Shown here in pieces: positions 8,352 to 14,197 of a DNA stretch of 16,523 nucleotides. The notes under the pieces are model-generated. The model ran no database searches. It was not told where the DNA came from and saw only the letters and a program-made list of their open reading frames with translations. The position numbers and the translations under genes were made by a program. This DNA comes from Candidatus Bipolaricaulia bacterium. Its GTDB lineage: Bacteria > Bipolaricaulota > Bipolaricaulia > JBHIAT01. Position 1 is the first letter of the stretch; every line of letters starts with the position of its first letter. Location of the stretch: the NCBI GenBank assembly GCA_046758705.1, contig JBHIAT010000074.1:1-16523 (forward strand), given 5' to 3'.

Positions 8352-9326
8352 TTAAAGCGTTTGCTCCACCCCGATCTCCGCCTCGATCTCCGATCCGACC
8401 AAGCGGATCGCTCCTACCCACACCAGGCCCTGGCCGGCCTTATACCTGCCCAGTAGACTGATTCGATTCTCCGCATCGAAGGCCTTGAGGTTTAGGCCGA
8501 CGGTCCGGGGTCCTCTCACACGCTCTATTGAGATCAGATAACGGTAGACCGGGTCGGTAAAAGCGGCGGCGAAGTTCGCCGAGAAACGCACTCGCATCAC
8601 CCCAAAGTCCACCAACAGCAGGGGTCCCCACGCGCTTAGAAACCCGACAACACCGACACCGAGCGTCGGCGTGCCGGGAAGCGCGGCGGCCCGAAAGATT
8701 CCGTTTAGCAGCAGGTTGGTGAAGGATAGATAGCCGGTCTGGGCGTACGAGTCGGCCATCAGCGATCGCCATCCGGAGGGATAGATCTCCGATCCTGGAG
8801 CTTTGCCGAGCCACGGTTGCGCAAACAGTTCCCCGTTCACGATCTGGAGATGCCCGGTGAAGGAGAAGTTGCCGACCGTATACTCCCCCCGACCGAAGAG
8901 CAGAACTCTAAGCTCCGTCCCGTCGCTGGAGAGAGCTACGTCCCCAAGGGCTGACCACAGGCCGGCGAGGCCGATCGGCCTGCTCCTTCTGCCGTAAGCT
9001 CCGACCGTTGCCTCCAGACTCCCGGCCCTGATCCCGACGTCTAACGATCCGTAAGGTTGGAACGGGGTTCCTTGAAACACGAAGTTCAAGGACTCGAGCT
9101 TCGCAGCTGTCATCACGGCGGACTCGGAGACCTGATAACCCAGGACCGTGGGAATCCCTCCAACCTCGGTCTGGAGTGCGAATTGCGCGTCGAATCCCGT
9201 TGTCGAATCATCGAGCACCAGGACAGAGATCGCATCGCCGTAAACCGGCGATACCAGAGCGATCCAGGCCACGATCAAGCTGAAGATCAGGGTGAGCCAA
9301 CGGCAACGTCCGATCCTAAGTTTCAT
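8352..9326 (-). CDS. Exported hypothetical protein, beta-strand rich (possible outer-membrane protein)
   Basis: 324-aa ORF filling the gap between flanking genes; signal peptide; Gly/aromatic-rich alternating segments; 14 bp downstream of the aldolase-like gene. Confidence 0.75.
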   Translation of the reverse strand: MKLRIGRCRWLTLIFSLIVAWIALVSPVYGDAISVLVLDDSTTGFDAQFALQTEVGGIPTVLGYQVSESAVMTAAKLESLNFVFQGTPFQPYGSLDVGIRAGSLEATVGAYGRRSRPIGLAGLWSALGDVALSSDGTELRVLLFGRGEYTVGNFSFTGHLQIVNGELFAQPWLGKAPGSEIYPSGWRSLMADSYAQTGYLSFTNLLLNGIFRAAALPGTPTLGVGVVGFLSAWGPLLLVDFGVMRVRFSANFAAAFTDPVYRYLISIERVRGPRTVGLNLKAFDAENRISLLGRYKAGQGLVWVGAIRLVGSEIEAEIGVEQTL

Positions 9327-9340
9327 GCTGGAAAAACGTG

Positions 9341-10468
9341 CTATCTCATCCGCCCGCGAGCTGCCACCGGCCAGACGACCTCGACGCTCCCGTCCCGAAC
9401 GCCGATCAGTTCGTCATACATGTTGACCGTCCCGCACGCATGGTTAGAGATGATCTCCACCCGATCCCCGACCTGCAGAGTCCTGGCGTTTCCATTCAAC
9501 TCAAGAACGCCGTGCTCCTCGCTGGCGCGGACGAACGTCGCCTCGGGCAGGTCGTTGACGAACCCATAGCTCCCGTTGGCGGGCCGGGCATCGGAGCTCA
9601 TCGCCTTCGAACCGGCGTCGATCACCGCCTGATCCCGATTCGGTCGGCTGATCACCGTCGCATGAACGGTGAGCGCACAGTCGGCCGTCGTGCAGGTACC
9701 GGCCCGCACCTGGGTCAAGTCGTTGAAGATATAGTTGCCGGGACGGGTCTCGCTGATTCCGGCGACGGTACAAGTGTAGAGGGCGGCCGGCGTGGATCCG
9801 ACGCTCACCACATCGATCGCATATCCCGCCTCCCGCAGCAGCTCGGCCGTCTCGACCATCGCGCGGCCGGCGTTGAGCGCTGTCGCTCGGATCTCTTCAT
9901 GAGTCTGTCCCCAATAAACGTGGCCCTCATGGGTCATGATCCCCCGTAGATTCAATCCTGCTAACCCCGCGATCTTAGACGCCAGCGCCACGGTTGGTCC
10001 GCCGGAGCGCACACCGCACCGGCCTAATCCTGTATCGACCTCGATGACGACGTCGTGAATCAGCCCGGCTACCTGCATCGCCCGAGACAGCGGCTCGGTC
10101 ACCTCGACGCTGTCGACGGCGGTCATCAGTTTTCCCTGCTCCTGGAACTTCCGTTGCAACGCGACCAGACGGTCAAGCTTGACCTTACCGACGATCTGAT
10201 ACGAGATCAGGATATCGGACAACCCGGCATCGGCCATCACCTCAGCCTCCCCTAACTTCTGGACGGTGATCCCCCGCGCCCCCGCCTGTATTTGCAACTT
10301 GGCGATCTCAGGCACCTTGTGCGTCTTGGCATGGGGCCGCAGGTCGACTCCGACCTCTCGGGTGAACCGGGCCATCGACTCGATATTCTGTTCCATCATG
10401 TCGAGATCGATAACAGCAACCGGCGTGTCAATCTCATGAACCTCCATCTCGTTCTCACTTGCCTCCAT
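9341..10468 (-). CDS. PLP-dependent fold-type III enzyme, D-threonine aldolase / D-serine dehydratase (DSD1) family (start could be ATG 10447)
   Basis: TPVAVID, LRPHAKTHK (PLP Lys), EVDTGLGRCG, GSTP, RPGNYIFND, DAGSKAMS, SEEHG, metal ligands NHAC. Confidence 0.93.
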   Translation of the reverse strand: MEASENEMEVHEIDTPVAVIDLDMMEQNIESMARFTREVGVDLRPHAKTHKVPEIAKLQIQAGARGITVQKLGEAEVMADAGLSDILISYQIVGKVKLDRLVALQRKFQEQGKLMTAVDSVEVTEPLSRAMQVAGLIHDVVIEVDTGLGRCGVRSGGPTVALASKIAGLAGLNLRGIMTHEGHVYWGQTHEEIRATALNAGRAMVETAELLREAGYAIDVVSVGSTPAALYTCTVAGISETRPGNYIFNDLTQVRAGTCTTADCALTVHATVISRPNRDQAVIDAGSKAMSSDARPANGSYGFVNDLPEATFVRASEEHGVLELNGNARTLQVGDRVEIISNHACGTVNMYDELIGVRDGSVEVVWPVAARGRMR

Positions 10469-10531
10469 ATCAATTAAACTCTATCATAGGCTGGGTCGCA
10501 GGACAAGTGCGGCCGTTGGAGGGTGATCGAG

Positions 10532-11008
10532 ATGGCAGATTACGAAAAGCGCATCGAGGAGCTCGGCTTGGAGATCCCCCCGGTCCCGAAACCGGTGGCG
10601 GCTTACATCCCGGCGCTCCAGGTAGGGAACCTTGTCTTCTGCTCCGGCCAGGGTCCAATGGCTGACGGTCGGTTCGTCCACATCGGCCAGGTCGGCGCCG
10701 ATCTGACGGTCGAGCAGGGATATGAAGCGGCACGACTGTGTGCGCTCAACTGCTTGGCGGCGGTCAAATCGGTGATCGGCTCGCTCAATCGGGTCGACCG
10801 GATCGTCCACGTCCGGGGGTTCGTCAACAGCGCTCCCGGCTTCGAGGAACAGCCCGAGGTGATCAACGGCGCCTCAGAACTCCTGCAGCAGATCTTCGGC
10901 GAGCGTGGCCAGCACGCGCGTGCCGCCCTGGGCACCTCGGCCCTGCCCCGTAACATTGCCGTGGAGTTGGAGATGATCGTCAGCGTGAGCGCTGAAGCGT
11001 CAGCCTAG
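10532..11008 (+). CDS. Rid (RidA/YjgF/YER057c/UK114) family protein
   Basis: PVAAYIP, SGQGP, VNSAPGFEEQPEVINGASEL, HARAALG (conserved Arg), AVELE. GGAGG precedes ATG 10532. Its stop overlaps the convergent gene's stop in CTAG (11005-11008). Confidence 0.93.
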   Translation: MADYEKRIEELGLEIPPVPKPVAAYIPALQVGNLVFCSGQGPMADGRFVHIGQVGADLTVEQGYEAARLCALNCLAAVKSVIGSLNRVDRIVHVRGFVNSAPGFEEQPEVINGASELLQQIFGERGQHARAALGTSALPRNIAVELEMIVSVSAEASA

Positions 11009-12159
11009 ATCGTTGACGGGGAAACGGGTTGACCGTCTATAATCGTCAATACCGAAGTGAGCCTTTGGAGCCCCATGATGGTTTCCCCGACAGCATCCCG
11101 ATATTCGAACTTCCCTTCCAGAAGCTCCAACACGGTGATGTCCCCGACCGTCCCTTCGTGCAGCGTTCCGAGATCATCACGTCCAATGGCGCGTGCCGGG
11201 TTCACCGTAGCCGCTTCGATGACAGTCGTTAAGGGGACACCCAGATTGAGCAGCTTCGACATCGTCGTCGGCAGGTCATAGGCCGGTCCGTCGATGCAAA
11301 GCGCATGGATGTCGCTGCTGATGGCATCGGGGAGGAAGCCCTGGGCGATGGCGCGTCGGGCGGATTCGAACGAGAAACTTCCCATCCCATGGCCGATATC
11401 CATGATAACCCCACGCTCCTGAGCTTCCCAAAGCTCCGGGAGGATCTGTCCTCGACCGTCAAGCGGGCTGTTCGGACTCCCCCGGAAGACGTGGGTGAAG
11501 ATATCTCCAGGCCGAAGCAGCGGCAGGACCTCCGATCGCGTCGGCGGCGGGGCATCGGTATGGATCATCACCGGTTTCCCCAGGGCATCGGCGGCCTGCA
11601 ACGCCAGGTGGACGGGGGCAAGCCCTTGATCTTCACTGGCCAACAGACCGGCGCGCGCCTTGATTCCCAGGATCAGATCGCCGTGCTCGTTCGCGACCCG
11701 CACCGCCGCCGGGATGTCAGCCAATCTGAGATCGAAAAGCTCACCGACCATCACATCTTCGCTGAAGGCAAATATGCCAGGGAACGACAGGTTCAGAAAC
11801 GCCAGAATCCTGGCGGTTGAGCGCTCAATGATATGCTCTCTGAACCCCAAAAAGTTACCGGCTCCGGCGCTTCCGGCATCGATGAACGTGGTCACCCCGG
11901 TGTTCGCACATAGCCGATCGGGATCAACCCCGAGGCATGTCCCCCCCCAGTAAACGTGGGTATGCAGGTCGATCAATCCAGGGACCACGAGCTTTCCGGA
12001 TACGTCGATCACCTGCCGGGCCTCAGCGTTCGTGATGTCAGCCGCCACAGCGACGATCTTCCCGTCGTTCACGGCAAGATCCATCACCCCATCGATCTCC
12101 TGAGCCGGATCGATGACCCGCCCCCCGTTGAGCAACAGATCATAATCCAATTTGACCAC
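11005..12159 (-). CDS. Amidohydrolase/deacetylase family metallohydrolase (COG3964 / EF_0837-like; often mislabelled dihydroorotase); start could be TTG 12150
   Basis: PGLIDLHTH, GVTTFIDAGSAG, GIKAR (carbamylated Lys), MIH, PGDIFTH, DIGHGMGSF, ISSDIH. Confidence 0.9.
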   Translation of the reverse strand: MVKLDYDLLLNGGRVIDPAQEIDGVMDLAVNDGKIVAVAADITNAEARQVIDVSGKLVVPGLIDLHTHVYWGGTCLGVDPDRLCANTGVTTFIDAGSAGAGNFLGFREHIIERSTARILAFLNLSFPGIFAFSEDVMVGELFDLRLADIPAAVRVANEHGDLILGIKARAGLLASEDQGLAPVHLALQAADALGKPVMIHTDAPPPTRSEVLPLLRPGDIFTHVFRGSPNSPLDGRGQILPELWEAQERGVIMDIGHGMGSFSFESARRAIAQGFLPDAISSDIHALCIDGPAYDLPTTMSKLLNLGVPLTTVIEAATVNPARAIGRDDLGTLHEGTVGDITVLELLEGKFEYRDAVGETIMGLQRLTSVLTIIDGQPVSPSTI

Positions 12160-12190
12160 CCCCCTGTGGGGAACCTCAAATCGGTGATGA

Positions 12191-12718
12191 TCAGGGTTTT
12201 TCTATCGGTACAAAGTAAACGTCGGTCGGTTTGAACTTCGAATTTCGCTTGAACTTGGCCTCAACCTCCATTCCGACGTTGATCTCCTCGGGGCCGACGC
12301 CGACGAGTCGCGCCAGCAGCAACGTGTCGAAGCCATCGAACTCGACCAGGATCAGATTGAACGGCGTCTCTTTGAGAAACTCTTCGCCCCCGAAGTAGCA
12401 GGTCGTCCAGGTGTGCACCCGGCCCCGGTGTGGCATCTCGACCCACTCGGTTTTGATACCACAGTAGATGCAGTGTCCCTTCGGTGTAGCATAGCGATAG
12501 CCGCACTCCGGGCATTCGGTGCCGAGCAACTGCTTGTTGGCCAGTCCGGCAAAGAACGGGGAATCCTGGCCAAACGTGTGCAGATAGTCGATCTCATGAT
12601 GTTGCTTGATGATCGTCGGGGCCATCTCGCCCAATGCCGCAAGATCCTCGGGGAACGGGACATTGAACAGAATCGTTCCCTCAAGCGTTTCGGGAAGTTT
12701 TTCACTCTTTTTACTCAT
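12191..12718 (-). CDS. Zn-ribbon / OB-fold protein (DUF35), thiolase partner
   Basis: CPEC...CIYC zinc ribbon, GRVHTWT, IG/VGMEV-type OB-fold end; 12 bp downstream of the thiolase gene. Confidence 0.92.
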   Translation of the reverse strand: MSKKSEKLPETLEGTILFNVPFPEDLAALGEMAPTIIKQHHEIDYLHTFGQDSPFFAGLANKQLLGTECPECGYRYATPKGHCIYCGIKTEWVEMPHRGRVHTWTTCYFGGEEFLKETPFNLILVEFDGFDTLLLARLVGVGPEEINVGMEVEAKFKRNSKFKPTDVYFVPIEKP

Positions 12719-12730
12719 GATATGTTCCTT

Positions 12731-14047
12731 TCATGCCTCGCGCTCCAGAATCGAGATCGTTACGTAGGTCCCGGTCCCGGCGTGGCTGTGGATCGCGCCT
12801 CGTTCGGCATCGGAGATCTGGACGGTGGCGTCGCCGCCGTAGTGTTGTCCGATCGTCCCCTGGAGCTGCCACAGTGCGAACACCGCCTGCATCAGCCCCG
12901 TCGCTCCCACCGGATGGCCGCAGGCGAGCAGCCCGCCGGACGGGTTGACCGGGATCGTTCCCGGGCTTTTCAGATTGAGCCCGTAATCGATGTCGGTCAA
13001 GAACGGATGGCCCGCATCGACGAACTTTCCACCTTCACCATACCTGCACAGCCCCATATCTTCATAGGTTTGGATCTCCGAGGAGGTATAAGCGTCGTGA
13101 AGTTCGATGAAGTCGAGCGCTTCAACTGGATCGGTGATCCCGGCGTTTCGGTACGCCTCGATCGCGGCCATCCGCCCGGCGCGGAACGAGTGAACACCTG
13201 GATATTTTAGGTTCTCATAGCCGGACTCCGTCTCGTGGGGCAGGAGCGGCACACCCCCGTGAGGACGGTCGGCCATGCGCATCGCGTCCGTTCCGCGACC
13301 GATCCCGGCCACCTTGACTCGAGGGATCTCGGTCCCGGCCGCCTTCTCGATCTTTCGCAGGCCATCTGCACTTGCCAACAGGACCGCCGCCGCCCCATCT
13401 GACATCACACAGATATCGTAACGGGTGAGCGGCCAGGAAACCATCGGGGACTCCCGGACCGCCTCGATCGTGAGCCGCTCGCGCTTCTGGGCGTAGGGAT
13501 TGTATAGGGCGTTGATATGGTTCTTCACCGAAACTTTGGCCAGCTGCTCGACGGTGGTGCCGAACTCGTGCATATGGCGGACGACCATCATCGCGTAGTA
13601 CCCGGTATAGAAGCCGCCGACCGGGTAGTCGAAGTCCTGATCGGAGGCCATCGCGATGAACTCATTCCCCTTCCAGGTCTCGACATGGGACATCTTCTCG
13701 AAGCCGTAGGCGAGGCAGATATCCATATAACCGGAGGCGACAGCTTTGTAGGCTTCTTGAAAGCAGATCCCGCCGGTGGCCCCGCCGCCCTCCACCCGGT
13801 GGCTCGGCTTGGGGACGAGGCCCAGATAATCCTGAACCATGATCCCGGCCATCAGCTGCCGCGCAAAATGGTCGGAGAAGTACGAGGCGACCGTCCCGTC
13901 GATGAACTCGAACATCTGTTTGTGATCGAGGTCAAGGTCAGTGAGGATGTCATCGTAAGCCTCCTTGACCATTGGCTGGAACGTCACATCCGGCCGCGCT
14001 TTGGTAAACTTGCTTACACCGCCGCTGACGACGTAGACATCACGCAT
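12731..14047 (-). CDS. Thiolase-superfamily protein (SCP-x / archaeal type) lacking the nucleophile Cys
   Basis: VKNHINALYNPYAQ, SDGAAAV, ELHDAY, VNPSGGLLACGHPVGATG; RBS AAGGAGG; VEGGGATGG where VExACASG is canonical. Confidence 0.93.
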   Translation of the reverse strand: MRDVYVVSGGVSKFTKARPDVTFQPMVKEAYDDILTDLDLDHKQMFEFIDGTVASYFSDHFARQLMAGIMVQDYLGLVPKPSHRVEGGGATGGICFQEAYKAVASGYMDICLAYGFEKMSHVETWKGNEFIAMASDQDFDYPVGGFYTGYYAMMVVRHMHEFGTTVEQLAKVSVKNHINALYNPYAQKRERLTIEAVRESPMVSWPLTRYDICVMSDGAAAVLLASADGLRKIEKAAGTEIPRVKVAGIGRGTDAMRMADRPHGGVPLLPHETESGYENLKYPGVHSFRAGRMAAIEAYRNAGITDPVEALDFIELHDAYTSSEIQTYEDMGLCRYGEGGKFVDAGHPFLTDIDYGLNLKSPGTIPVNPSGGLLACGHPVGATGLMQAVFALWQLQGTIGQHYGGDATVQISDAERGAIHSHAGTGTYVTISILEREA

Positions 14048-14070
14048 AAGACCTCCTTTTTACCGTTTTT

Positions 14071-14100
14071 ATGGTACCCTAGGACACGCGCATCGTTCAA
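14071..14100 (-). promoter_or_regulatory. Possible sigma70 promoter for the thiolase-DUF35 operon
   Basis: Minus strand TTGAAC-18 nt-TACCAT upstream of the AAGGAGG RBS. Confidence 0.45.
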
Positions 14101-14159
14101 CCAGGGTGGCCAACCGTGGGGATTATCTGACCTTCATATCTAGAGAGAGCCTATAGGGG

Positions 14160-14165
14160 TATAAT
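14160..14165 (+). promoter_or_regulatory. Possible -10 box for the STAND-WD40 gene
   Basis: Perfect TATAAT 32 bp upstream of ATG 14198; no convincing -35 at standard spacing. Confidence 0.4.
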
Positions 14166-14197
14166 GGTACTGGATTCACAGTGATATATTTTCGGTT

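Noticed and set aside
11005-12159. Calling the amidohydrolase pyrC (dihydroorotase)
   Set aside because: It lacks the HxR substrate-binding Arg (has HTHVY), shows the DAGSAG and DIGHG motifs of the COG3964 group, and has no pyr gene context.
3188-13210. Long antisense ORFs opposite real genes (3188-3895, 5100-5861, 9338-9949, 12413-13210)
   Set aside because: Expected in GC-rich coding DNA; no motifs or start signals support them.
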